NCBI GenBank assembly: GCA_043744715.1
Contig: JAYTUE010000082.1
Span: forward strand, 1,884-65,883
DNA: 64,000 bases
DNA from: Verrucomicrobiota bacterium
Lineage (GTDB): Bacteria > Verrucomicrobiota > Verrucomicrobiia > Limisphaerales > CANJSG01
Direction of reading: 5' to 3'
Shown here: piece by piece, positions 48,313-58,300 of the stretch
Layout of the letters: the number at the start of each line of letters is the position of its first letter
Numbering within the stretch: the stretch's first letter is position 1
Notes under the pieces: generated by a model
The model's database searches: none
What the model was told of the DNA's origin: nothing
The model's input: the letters and a program-made list of their open reading frames with translations, nothing else
Translations under genes and position numbers: made by a program

Positions 48313-48543
48313 TAGTTCGCACAGAATAATGATAGTGCCTGTATTTTATGGCAAGCTCAGTGTGCGGAAACTACGAAATAGAAAATATTGTTCGCACAAT
48401 GATTTCAATCGGCCAATGTGCTCTCCACCAAAAAACACGGGCATCGCACGCTCTTGAATCCGTCGCATGTGCCCGCCCCAGAGATGGATGTGGAGGCCCT
48501 GACTGCAAAGATTCCGGAACACAAGCCGTGTTAGAATGATCGG

Positions 48544-49491
48544 ATGTCCCAAGGACGTCTTCCCCGTTTCCAACGTGCCTCCGGTGTTGCGCGCATCAAC
48601 CTGACCGAACGCGACCGTGAGATGCTGCGCCAAGTGCATCGGCATCGGTTTCTTCGGTCTTCCCATTTGATTTCCTTGGTCGGTGGCAGCCGGCAACACC
48701 TCCTTCGTCGTCTTCAGTTGCTCTACCACAACGGTTATCTGGAACGTCCCCGAGCCCAGATCGACTACTTTCATCGGGGCGGTTCCCGCGCCATCGCCTA
48801 CGGACTTGGGAACAAAGGTTCTGCTCTTTTGAAGCGCGGGATGTCGCTTCCCTTCCAGCGGCTGGATTTGGGCGCGAAGAACGGCGGCACGAGTCGGCTT
48901 TTCCTGGAGCACACGCTCTTCATCGCGGACATCATGGTGTCGTTGGAACTCGCCTGCCGCCGTCATGGGCAGGTTCGATTGGTCGCTGCGGATGAACTGC
49001 CTCTACCCGAAGCCACTCGTCACCAGCGTGAACCCTTTCAATGGCGAGTTTTGGTGGGAAACCGTCTGAAGCTGGGTGTCATTCCCGACCAAGTGTTCGG
49101 TTTGGAGTTCACGGGTTCAGGAACGAAACCCACACGAGCCTTCTATTTCTTGGAAGCCGACCGGGCGACGATGCCCGTGATGAGGCAATGCCTCTCTCAG
49201 TCGTCTTTCTACCGGAAGCTGCTGGCCTACGAAGCGACATGGACGCAGAACCTCAACCGTTCCCACCTCGGGTTGAACCGTTTTCGCGTGCTCACCGTCA
49301 CCAGCAGTCCCGAGCGCGTGCAAACCATGGTCGAGGCCTGTAGAAAACTGGAGAAGGGTCGGGGACTGTTCCTGTTCACAGACGCCGACACGGTCCTGAA
49401 GTGTGCCGATCCGCTCGCACTGGCGTGGATCTCCCCCAACTCGAAGGCTCCCGAGTCTTTGCTCGATTCCCTGTCGCCTCCGCGCCCTTGA
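48544..49491 (+). CDS. Replication-relaxation (Replic_Relax) family protein
   Basis: 315 aa; LTERDREMLRQVHRHRFLRSSHLISLVGGSRQHLLRRLQLLYHNGYLERP matches the remembered N-terminal signature of PF13814. Confidence 0.7.
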   Translation: MSQGRLPRFQRASGVARINLTERDREMLRQVHRHRFLRSSHLISLVGGSRQHLLRRLQLLYHNGYLERPRAQIDYFHRGGSRAIAYGLGNKGSALLKRGMSLPFQRLDLGAKNGGTSRLFLEHTLFIADIMVSLELACRRHGQVRLVAADELPLPEATRHQREPFQWRVLVGNRLKLGVIPDQVFGLEFTGSGTKPTRAFYFLEADRATMPVMRQCLSQSSFYRKLLAYEATWTQNLNRSHLGLNRFRVLTVTSSPERVQTMVEACRKLEKGRGLFLFTDADTVLKCADPLALAWISPNSKAPESLLDSLSPPRP

Positions 49492-49608
49492 ACCTTGCGT
49501 CTCTGGCGGGATGTTCTGATTTCGTGCTAGGATAATCTTTGGAGGCAACCCCCGGCATTCGCCGGTCGGTTCCACTTGTTCACCACACTCCCAACCCAAG
49601 GAAGATCC

Positions 49609-50625
49609 ATGCCCAAGAAGAAGCTCGTCGATTTCCGCGCCGTGCGCGAGGCCGTCACGATGGAGGAAATCTTGAACCACTACGGACTCCTCGACCGGAT
49701 GAAACGCAATGGCGACAACCTCAGCGGTTGTTGCCCGATCCACAAAGGAAAGAACCCGACACAGTTCCGGGTCAGTCTCGAAAAGAACCTCTGGAACTGC
49801 TTCAGCGAATGCAAACACGGCGGCAACGTCATTGACTTCATCTCCCGGATGGAGGACGTGAGCGCCTACGCCGCCGCCCAGAAAGCCATCGAATGGTTCA
49901 AGCTTTCTGAAGAGATGGTCTACGCCGAAGGGGCTGCGGCTCCGCAAGAGGAAGCCGAAGCCGCTCCGCGTCCGAAGGCCGCCACCACGGTGGTTCAGGA
50001 ACCCAAGCCCGAAGGCACGGCTCCCAATCCGCCGCTGACGTTCCGGCTGGACAATCTCCAGCGCGATCATCCCTACCTGGCCGAACGCGGGCTGACCCTT
50101 GAAACCATCGTGGATTTCGGGGTCGGGTTCTGCGCCAAGGGCATGATGGCGGGTCGCATCGCCATCCCCATCCACAACGCCAAGGGACAGGTCGTCGCCT
50201 ACGCCGGTCGCCATGTGGGTGATCCAGCGGAAGGCACACCCAAATATAAGTTGCCGCCGGGATTCAGGAAATCGCTGGAACTCTTCAACCTCGACCGGGC
50301 CAAGCAGGCTTCGCCTGATCTTCCACTCATCGTGGTCGAAGGGTTCTTCGACGCCATGAAGCTGCATCAGCTCGGGCACCGCAAGGTGGTCGCCCTCATG
50401 GGCAGCAGCATGTCGGCGGCCCAGGAAGACCTGATCCGCCGGCACACCGACCAGCACAGCCTGATCGTGGTGATGCTGGACGAGGACGAGGCCGGGCGTT
50501 CCGCCCGCGACGAGATCGCATCGCGATTGGCGAAGTTCGCCTACGTGCGGATTCACGCGTTCGAGAAGGAAGGATTCCAACCCGAACATCTCACGGCAGA
50601 ACAACTGGCGGGCATCTTCGCCTGA
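49609..50625 (+). CDS. DnaG-like primase (CHC2 zinc finger + Toprim)
   Basis: CCPIHKGKNPTQFRVSLEKNLWNCFSECKHGGNVIDF (CHC2), with Toprim motifs VVEGFFDAM and MLDEDEAGR. The ATG at 49609 is preceded by GGAAG. Confidence 0.85.
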   Translation: MPKKKLVDFRAVREAVTMEEILNHYGLLDRMKRNGDNLSGCCPIHKGKNPTQFRVSLEKNLWNCFSECKHGGNVIDFISRMEDVSAYAAAQKAIEWFKLSEEMVYAEGAAAPQEEAEAAPRPKAATTVVQEPKPEGTAPNPPLTFRLDNLQRDHPYLAERGLTLETIVDFGVGFCAKGMMAGRIAIPIHNAKGQVVAYAGRHVGDPAEGTPKYKLPPGFRKSLELFNLDRAKQASPDLPLIVVEGFFDAMKLHQLGHRKVVALMGSSMSAAQEDLIRRHTDQHSLIVVMLDEDEAGRSARDEIASRLAKFAYVRIHAFEKEGFQPEHLTAEQLAGIFA

Positions 50626-50637
50626 AAGGAGACCACC

Positions 50638-50967
50638 ATGGATGTCCATTGCTCCACCTGTTGCGAACCCTGGGATACACACCACCTCTGGCACGACGCC
50701 ATCTTCGAGACCGGCTTGCCCATGGAGTCGGCGGAAGCCTGGGGTTCATTGCCCGGAGCCGAGAAATTGTCCGAACGATTCCGAAAGGAGTTTCTGTCGG
50801 TCGGCTGGGTCTTCGGTCGAAGCGTCATCAACGTCGTCCGTTGCCCCTGTTGCCCCAAGGACGCCTTGCCGAATCCCGAACGGGTTCAGACCAAGGCTGC
50901 CTTGGAGGAACTCCTGGGTGACGACGAGGACGGATTGGCCGCCACCTTTGAGGATTATCGCCTATGA
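50638..50967 (+). CDS. Hypothetical Cys-rich (zinc-ribbon-like) protein
   Basis: 109 aa with CSTCC ... CPCC pairs and a strong AGGAG RBS. It overlaps the next gene by 4 nt. Confidence 0.6.
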   Translation: MDVHCSTCCEPWDTHHLWHDAIFETGLPMESAEAWGSLPGAEKLSERFRKEFLSVGWVFGRSVINVVRCPCCPKDALPNPERVQTKAALEELLGDDEDGLAATFEDYRL

Positions 50968-51236
50968 ACAACCCGAAATTCGACCTCGGACGGCTCATGA
51001 TCACGAGCCATGCCATGTCCACCCTCGATCCTTTGGAGATCGCCAAAGCCGTTTCCCGTCATCTCCAAGGTGATTGGGGCGACTGTGATCCCGAAGACCG
51101 CGCTGCGAATGACGCCGCCTTGTTGGAAGGTTCCCGCCTGTTCTCGGTCTACCATACCACGAACAAAACCAAGTTCTGGATCATCACGGAATGGGATAGA
51201 TCGGCTACAACCGTTCTCCTACCCGAAGACTACTGA
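50964..51236 (+). CDS. Small conserved plasmid/ICE-associated protein
   Basis: 90 aa with GDWGDCDPED and a C-terminal WIITEWDRSATTVLLPEDY, a pattern remembered from small genes next to radC and antirestriction genes on mobile elements. No precise family name is claimed. Confidence 0.55.
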   Translation: MNNPKFDLGRLMITSHAMSTLDPLEIAKAVSRHLQGDWGDCDPEDRAANDAALLEGSRLFSVYHTTNKTKFWIITEWDRSATTVLLPEDY

Positions 51237-51243
51237 GCACAAG

Positions 51244-51271
51244 CCCCGTCCGCAAAGGAGGGGCTTTTTTC
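51244..51271 (+). terminator. Rho-independent terminator
   Basis: GCCCCGTCC-gcaaa-GGAGGGGC followed by TTTTTT. Confidence 0.75.
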
Positions 51272-51420
51272 TGGGCGTGGTAAACTGGTGGATGGAGGTA
51301 GGCCGTGTGGTTTGCCCGTAGTTCTTCCAACCCAAAGAGGGATCGTGCCGCTTCCAGGGAGTCACCTTCCTGGAAGCACCTGTTACTAGCAGGCTGCACG
51401 ATCCCCGAGAGAGAGTCATC

Positions 51421-51924
51421 ATGAACCAACCCGATCTGTTCAAGGACGGAACCAGTCCCCACAAAGGAACGTATCAACCCAAGGAGTTCAAGGTGGTCGC
51501 TCTGCGCGACTGCCCCACACCCATGGCAATGCAGCTCTGCGACACCCCGCAACGCGCCGCCGACTATTGGCGGCTCCACATCGCAACCCATCCGCACTTC
51601 GATCCCGAACGCGAGTGCCTCGCGGTGCTCCTGCTCAACACCCGGTTCCGGGTCAAAGGGCATCATCTGGTTTCGACCGGACTCCTCGACACCCTGCTGG
51701 TCCACCCGCGCGAGGTGTTCCGCGTCGCCATCATCGCGGCCGCCCATTCGCTCATGCTGCTCCACAACCACCCTTCGGGTGATCCCACGCCCAGCGACGC
51801 CGACATCCGCGTCACCCGCGATCTCGTCCGTGCCGGCCAGATGCTCAAGATCGAGGTGCTCGACCACATCGTCATTGGCAGACCGGATCATCGGTCGCTG
51901 AGGGAACTGGGGTATTTCAGCTAG
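51421..51924 (+). CDS. radC: RadC-like JAB/MPN domain protein
   Basis: LLHNHPSGDPTPSDADIRVT (JAMM motif) and EVLDHIVIG. Confidence 0.9.
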   Translation: MNQPDLFKDGTSPHKGTYQPKEFKVVALRDCPTPMAMQLCDTPQRAADYWRLHIATHPHFDPERECLAVLLLNTRFRVKGHHLVSTGLLDTLLVHPREVFRVAIIAAAHSLMLLHNHPSGDPTPSDADIRVTRDLVRAGQMLKIEVLDHIVIGRPDHRSLRELGYFS

Positions 51925-51931
51925 CAAGCAT

Positions 51932-51956
51932 AGCCCGACATTAAAAGTGTCGGGCT
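51932..51956 (+). terminator. Terminator-like hairpin after radC
   Basis: AGCCCGACA-ttaaaag-TGTCGGGCT; the downstream T-tract is only weak. Confidence 0.5.
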
Positions 51957-52294
51957 GACTATATTTCTCAGTCAAATTAGTTGTTCATTTCTGAAGAAAG
52001 CCACCCACTTTACGAGCCACTTAATTAAGACTTTCAGAGGAGCTGCCCGCGCTAAAACAACATTTGCAAGATCAATCTCTACACAATTCATTAAAAAATC
52101 CCACTAACGCCCCCCCCCAACAGCCAATTCCACCGGCCGAGGAAACCGTTTTGATTTTCACGTCAAGGACGAAAAAGATACAGCAAATTGTATGGTTGAC
52201 TTCCGAAACCACAACGGGCAGTAGAAGGAGACTAAATGAGAGCGGAAAGCAACTGGTCTACTAATTCTCTCGGGATTGCTCAACTCCAGTCTCC

Positions 52295-54310
52295 ATGTTA
52301 GAAACGAAGACTACACTGGTGGCAGACATACTGCATGGAGTCATCGCGTTGTCTCCGCTGGAGAAGCGACTTGTTGCCACTCGGGCATTCAATCGTCTCC
52401 ACAACGTTCTCCAGAACTCGACCGTATATTTCACTTACCCGTCAAACCGTACCTCGCGCCTGAGCCATTCGCTTGGTGTTGCGAAGATCGCTGGAGAATT
52501 ATTCCGGCAGGGGTTGCTCAATGCCACAGTGGACGATCGCCGAGCATTTCTGAAGATGGCACACACCAGTATCGGAGAATTCCAGAGTGAAACCGCTTTT
52601 AGGGAAGATACAGCGCGTCACACTTCAGGTCACACACATATAGGAGATTTGCTAAGGTCAAAGACTATTGCCATCCCATGCGATTTCTATTCATCGATGC
52701 TCCTTGCCGGACTCGAGCCTGACGAAATTCGCACCTACCTCGTTTTGTTGCAATCTGTCCGTTATGTGGCCCTTCTTCATGATCTTGGACATCCACCATT
52801 CTCACATGTGACAGAAGCGGCCCTGCAAAGCGGTTTCGAGCGATTACAAGGCGACGACGTTATTCCAACTTCTCGCCGCGGAATTCTTAAACAAGAATTG
52901 ACTGAATTTCTTTCTGGACCAGATGATGCCGCGTTTCATGAGCTGCTCGGCCTTGAACTCACAAAAACATTGTTAGACACAGTTTTGGCGGACTTGAAGA
53001 AGGAAAGTCTTACCGACTATCAACTTTTTGATGTTCTCGTAATAAAACACGCAACGTTAAAGATTTTACAGAACAAGCCGTTTTTTTGTATCCTTCACCA
53101 AATCGTTGACTCGGATCTTGATGCCGATCGTTTGGACTACGTTCAACGGGATCTGATCAGTTCGGGAATGTCGCGCGAACCGTTCCGTCCCGACCGATTG
53201 ATTCAATCCTTTACATTGATTGCAGATGCTGCGGAGCAGGCGTATCCATTTCTTTTTCTCCCTTCAATACGAGCTCTCAATAATTTGGAGGACTTTTTTC
53301 ATCAGAGATTTCAACTTTATAAGTATGTGATCTTTCATCATAGAGTGGTCAAATTTGATGGATTGCTTCAGCGATGTATTGAAGAAATTAGTGATCAAGC
53401 GCTCATTGAAACCCCGCTTGTTGAGGCTGCCAGTGGCGTTGAATCTGCTCCCAATGAAAATCCTCTCCTTCTGCCAACCGGCATTGCGGGCATCTGGAGT
53501 CTTTTTAGCCGGGCTGTTTCCACAAACCCGCTACAAAGAGAAAGTTTTTATGTTCAATGGGATGACGCTTGGCTTTTAGGAGCACTCCGCAATAAGTATT
53601 TCACAATGAAGCGGTTCCGGAGTCTGCAAAATCCGCCCGTTACGGAAAAAACCGTATTAGAGGTTCGCCTTGAAGAAATGCTGTCAAATCAGAAGCATCA
53701 TCGAGCGCTATTTAAGCGTGGGGAATGTTTTTATGCTGTTGACGATGCATTTTGGAGAGCGATTCCAGACAACACCTCATTTACGTCGTTTGGGAAATCG
53801 TGGGAGCCAAATCCAACTGGGCATTTTGCATTTGAGAAAGGTGGGAAAAAAATTCAAGATTATGTCTCCCAACTTAGGAGCGCCTCAGGCGATGGTGAAG
53901 CTCTGACGGAACTTGTGGAGCAATATGGGTATGTGCTGTCTTTGATTTGCGCCTTAGTCCATCGTATTGCCGGGCGAAAAGTTCCATTGAGTTTTCTATT
54001 TAAGGCAGCCCTGGAGTTCAAAGAAATTCACTTTAGAGACAACATTTTGGATGTAATTGTTATTCCTAAAACAATTAAAGCAGGGGTTCAACGCAACTTT
54101 AGGTTGGCCGCTAATAATATGGAGATTGTGCCGATCGGCCGCGTGTCGCCGATCGCGGGGGAATTGGAGCGGGCATCATTGTTGTTTCCTCCTTTTTTTG
54201 TATACATGCTTTCCGCAAATGAACCTTCGGATGGGGAACGCCTGAAATGGCGCGCTGAATTTGGCCAACTGCTTTGGAAGCACTTCCAGACGTGGGCTCT
54301 TATCGATTAG
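52295..54310 (+). CDS. SAMHD1/dGTPase-like HD-domain phosphohydrolase with a ~340-aa C-terminal extension
   Basis: 671 aa with DILHGVIALSP ... FNRLHNVLQ ... RLSHSLGV, LLHDLGHPPFSH and DADRLDYVQRD, which are the dNTP triphosphohydrolase HD signatures. It sits in a markedly AT-richer cassette. Confidence 0.8.
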   Translation: MLETKTTLVADILHGVIALSPLEKRLVATRAFNRLHNVLQNSTVYFTYPSNRTSRLSHSLGVAKIAGELFRQGLLNATVDDRRAFLKMAHTSIGEFQSETAFREDTARHTSGHTHIGDLLRSKTIAIPCDFYSSMLLAGLEPDEIRTYLVLLQSVRYVALLHDLGHPPFSHVTEAALQSGFERLQGDDVIPTSRRGILKQELTEFLSGPDDAAFHELLGLELTKTLLDTVLADLKKESLTDYQLFDVLVIKHATLKILQNKPFFCILHQIVDSDLDADRLDYVQRDLISSGMSREPFRPDRLIQSFTLIADAAEQAYPFLFLPSIRALNNLEDFFHQRFQLYKYVIFHHRVVKFDGLLQRCIEEISDQALIETPLVEAASGVESAPNENPLLLPTGIAGIWSLFSRAVSTNPLQRESFYVQWDDAWLLGALRNKYFTMKRFRSLQNPPVTEKTVLEVRLEEMLSNQKHHRALFKRGECFYAVDDAFWRAIPDNTSFTSFGKSWEPNPTGHFAFEKGGKKIQDYVSQLRSASGDGEALTELVEQYGYVLSLICALVHRIAGRKVPLSFLFKAALEFKEIHFRDNILDVIVIPKTIKAGVQRNFRLAANNMEIVPIGRVSPIAGELERASLLFPPFFVYMLSANEPSDGERLKWRAEFGQLLWKHFQTWALID

Positions 54311-54355
54311 TATTTGTTTTTGGAGAATGCTATTATATTGCTGGAGAAATAACAT

Positions 54356-54568
54356 ATGTGCAAACAGTTTGACGATAATCGACGCTTAGTTTCAAAACTG
54401 GTTTATTCAAGACGACAATTTACCGTAGAGGAAATTATCGCGGCTTATCGCAATGAAAGAGGTAACGCGATAATCGACGGCTTTGAGACCATCCGCAGTT
54501 TTATTCGTGGACTAGAAGAGCATGGTGCGCTGCGGATGGAACACGGTAAATATGTGGTCAACGATTAA
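54356..54568 (+). CDS. Hypothetical 70-aa protein (small winged-helix-like)
   Basis: ORF in the same low-G+C cassette, 45 nt after the HD gene and followed by a strong terminator. Confidence 0.5.
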   Translation: MCKQFDDNRRLVSKLVYSRRQFTVEEIIAAYRNERGNAIIDGFETIRSFIRGLEEHGALRMEHGKYVVND

Positions 54569-54573
54569 CCTCA

Positions 54574-54605
54574 AGAGCTTAACTTAAAGTTAAGCTCTTT
54601 TTAAT
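54574..54605 (+). terminator. Rho-independent terminator
   Basis: AGAGCTTAACTT/AAGTTAAGCTCT palindrome followed by TTTTAATTT. Confidence 0.75.
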
Positions 54606-54676
54606 TTGAAATAGCATCAAATGACGAGATTTACATTTTATTAAGCTTGGAAATTTAATTTTATCTGTGTTGCTCA

Positions 54677-55396
54677 ATGTTCAACTTCTTCAAAAAGAAG
54701 ACGGAGGTATTAAATCACTGGATCGCATTTGCTGATGGGTTCCAGACTTCCCCGTTGGAGTTCTACGCGGCTTTGGAAAAGGAACTGGCAGACCGGCAGG
54801 TCCCGAGCATGGAGATGAAGCGCATCGAGCTGCCCGAAGGCGGGCTGCTTTCCGAGAAGCGCGTCTACCTGCGGATGCTGCGGGAAAGACTGGTGTTCGA
54901 CGTGTGCGCCGCTCCGTTTGGGAGCGGCTTTTTCTTTTCCTGCCGCACTTCGGAAATCCCCGTTGTCCTCAACCTTCTGGAGCTGGCCCTGGTGTTCATG
55001 GCGGGCGCGTTGTCCTTTGTGGCGTTCACCTACTTCCTTGGCTTCATCCTGGGAACCTTGAGCTTGTTGGCGCTGCTCGTCGCCGCCGTCTACGTGCTCC
55101 GCAACGCCGTGGCCATGGGATTGCAGGATCTGGACAAGACCCTTCAGCAATCGCCCTTCGTGGGCACCGTCTACGAAGCCTGGTTCCGCAAGGAGACCTA
55201 CCACCGCATCGATTCGCGGCTGTGCTATCTGGAGGTGGTTCCCTCATTGGTGAAGAAGCTGGCCGAAGACACGGCCGCCACCAAGGGCATCAAACTCGTG
55301 CGCCAGTTCCAACTGGCTCCCGTCTTGGGCGAACTCTACCAGCCGGCGGCACCAACCTTGAACCCTGTCCCCTATGCCCCACCGGTCGGTGCATGA
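54677..55396 (+). CDS. Hypothetical membrane protein (2 TM helices)
   Basis: 239 aa with central helices VVLNLLELALVFMAGALSFVAFTYFLGFILGTLSLLALLVAAVYVL. Its 3-prime end overlaps the next ORF by 23 nt. Confidence 0.65.
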   Translation: MFNFFKKKTEVLNHWIAFADGFQTSPLEFYAALEKELADRQVPSMEMKRIELPEGGLLSEKRVYLRMLRERLVFDVCAAPFGSGFFFSCRTSEIPVVLNLLELALVFMAGALSFVAFTYFLGFILGTLSLLALLVAAVYVLRNAVAMGLQDLDKTLQQSPFVGTVYEAWFRKETYHRIDSRLCYLEVVPSLVKKLAEDTAATKGIKLVRQFQLAPVLGELYQPAAPTLNPVPYAPPVGA

Positions 55397-58300
55397 GCAG
55401 GTGTCCGAGCAGTTCGCGGAGCTTGAGCGTCGTGGACGTGGGTGGCAGGTGTTTCCCGAGCCGGTCACGCCAGAACCGCCCTTTGTCCCCTTCACCGGCT
55501 ACACCCTGGCTTCCGTGCTGGACGACGGACGCGTGCCGACCGTGGGCAGTTCCCTGCTTTCCGGCGTCCTCCGTTGGCTGAACAAGGAACCCCAGGTTCC
55601 ATCGAATGAGGACGAAGCCGAGGAACCAGTCCCGACTCCGCTCGTGCGGGAGGATCTGGTCGAACTTCAACTCTCGCTGCCCGATAGCCTGAAGGTGTCT
55701 CCCGAGGTGTTCGCCGGCTTCCTTTCCCAACTCACACTCTGCACCGAGCCCGTGAGCTTCGAGCTGTTCGGCACCACTGAAAAGGTTGTCGCCCAGTTTT
55801 CCGCCAGCCATTCGGACGCACCCGGTGTGCGTCGGCAGCTCTCCGCCCATTTCCCCGAGGTGGTGTTCCTGCCGACGAAGGACACACTTTTTCCACTGGC
55901 TGAACCTGACGCCCACCATGCGGTGGTCGAGTTCGGTCTGGAGAAGGAGTTCCTGCTGCCTTTGGCCTCCGGAGGACTTGATCCCTTTGTGGCTCTGGTG
56001 GCTGCCATGGGCGAACTGCGCGAGGGCGACTGCGCCCTCTACCAGGTGCTCTTTCAGCCCTGCCGCCATCCTTGGCGGGAAAACATCCTCCGCTCCGTGA
56101 CCGACGGCGAAGGCGGAGCCCTCTTCGTCAATCGTCCCGATCTCGTGATGCTGGCCAAAGGCAAGGTGTCCCAGCCGCTCCATGCCGTGGTGGTGCGGAT
56201 CACCTCGAAAAGCGGCAGCTTCGAGGAAGCTTGGGAGATTCTGCGGGGGTTGGCGAGAGCCTTGCGGGTGTTCTCGAACCCGGAGGGCAACGAACTCGTT
56301 CCGCTGGCCAATGACGACTATCCGGCCGAGGCCCATTTGGAAGATGTGCTCCGTCGCCAGACCCGACGCAGCGGGATGCTGCTCAATGCCGATGAACTGG
56401 CCGGCTTCGTCCATCTGCCTTCGCCCGCAGTCCGCACGGCCAGGTTTCAGCGGCAGTCCAAAACCAGCAAAGCCCCTCCAAAATCTCTCTCCCCTGTGGG
56501 GGTTCTATTGGGAACCAATCTCCACGCGGGCAAAACCACTCCCGTCCGTCTCTCCGCCGAACAACGGACGCGCCACATGCACGTCATCGGGGCTTCGGGC
56601 ACGGGCAAGAGCACCTTCCTCTTCAACCTGATCCAGCAGGACATCCTCGCCGGTGAAGGGCTCGCCGTCCTGGACCCGCACGGCGACCTGATCGACCGGA
56701 TCTTGGAAGTCATTCCCGAGCACCGGATCAAGGACGTCATCCTTGTCGATCCCTCCGACGAAACCGCCTCCATCGGGTTCAACATCCTGTCGGCGCACAG
56801 CGACTTGGAGAAGACGCTGCTCGCCTCCGATCTCGTGTCCGTCTTCGCGCGGCTTTCCACCAGCTGGGGCGACCAGATGGAGGGCGTGTTCCGCAACGCC
56901 ATCCTCGCGTTCCTGGAAAGCAGCCAGGGCGGCACGCTCTCCGATCTCCGCCGCTTCCTGCTCGATCCCAAATACCGCGAGCGGTTCCTCGCCACCGTGC
57001 AGGACCCGGACATCCAGTTCTACTGGCGGAAGGGGTTCGCCCAGCTCACGGGCAACAAGTCCATCGGCCCCGTGCTGACGCGCCTGGAAATCTTCCTCGC
57101 CCCCAAACCGATCCGCTACATGGTGGCGCAGCCGGTCAACCGGCTGGACTTCACGGGCATCCTCGACTCCGGAAAGATCCTCCTCGCCAAACTGTCGCAA
57201 GGAGCCATCGGCAAGGAAAACTCCCATCTGCTGGGTTCCCTCTTCATGGCCAAGCTGCAACAGGCGGTCATGGCCCGGCAGCGGCAGGAGGCGGCCGTCC
57301 GCCAGGACTTCTGGCTCTACTGCGACGAGTTCCACAACTTCATCACCCCGAGCATGGCCGAAATCCTGAGCGGGGCGCGCAAGTATCGGCTGGGACTCGT
57401 CCTCGCCCACCAGGAGCTGCGGCAGTTGGAACGCGACCGCGAGGTGGCCAGCGCCGTCCTCTCCAATCCCTATACCCGCGTGGTCTTCCGCGTGGGCGAC
57501 GATGATGCACGGAAGCTGGAGAACGGGTTCTCCTCGTTCGAGGCCCACGATCTCCAGAACCTCGCCACGGGCGAAGCCGTGGTGCGGATCGAACGGAGCG
57601 ACGGTGATTTCAACCTGCGGGTTTCCCAGCCGGAAAAGGTCGATCCTGCTTTGGCAGCAGCACGGTTGAAGGAAGTGACGGAAGCCTCCCGTCGCACCTA
57701 CGCCACGCCACGGGCGGAGATCGAGGCCGCGTTACGGCAGCAGTTCCCACCAGAAGAACCCCCGCAGTCTGCGGAAGCACGGAAGGATGCGGAAGAGTTC
57801 CGTGCCGTGCCGAAGGCTTCCGAACGCATCGGAAAAGTTCCGAAGATGGCGGAAAGCAGCGGCATCGTTCCGCAGGTTGCCGAAGCGCCGAAGACGTCTG
57901 AACCCGGCGCTGACTCAAAAGCAGCGCTTGAGACCGAACATAGCGCCATCAAGCGACAGATCACGCGGCACGCCGAAGCGTTGGGCTACCATGTCGCGGT
58001 CGAAGAATTTGTGGCGGACACCCTCGGGCGGGCCGATCTGGTTCTTCGTCGCGGGAAACGGGTCGTCGCCGTCGAGGTGTCCGTGACGACCAATGCCGGG
58101 AATGAAATCGGCAACCTCGTCAAATGCCTGTCGGGCGACTTCTCGCAGGTTGTCCTCGTGGCGACCAGCGCCCGGAAGCTCGCCAACATCGAGCGGCGGT
58201 TCCGCAGCACCGCCCCGGCGGAAGGCGCTGCGGAAGTAGTTTTTTGCCTGCCCGCAGACCTCCTTGAACAGCTTCGGACATGGGCGGCGGGCGACCCGCG

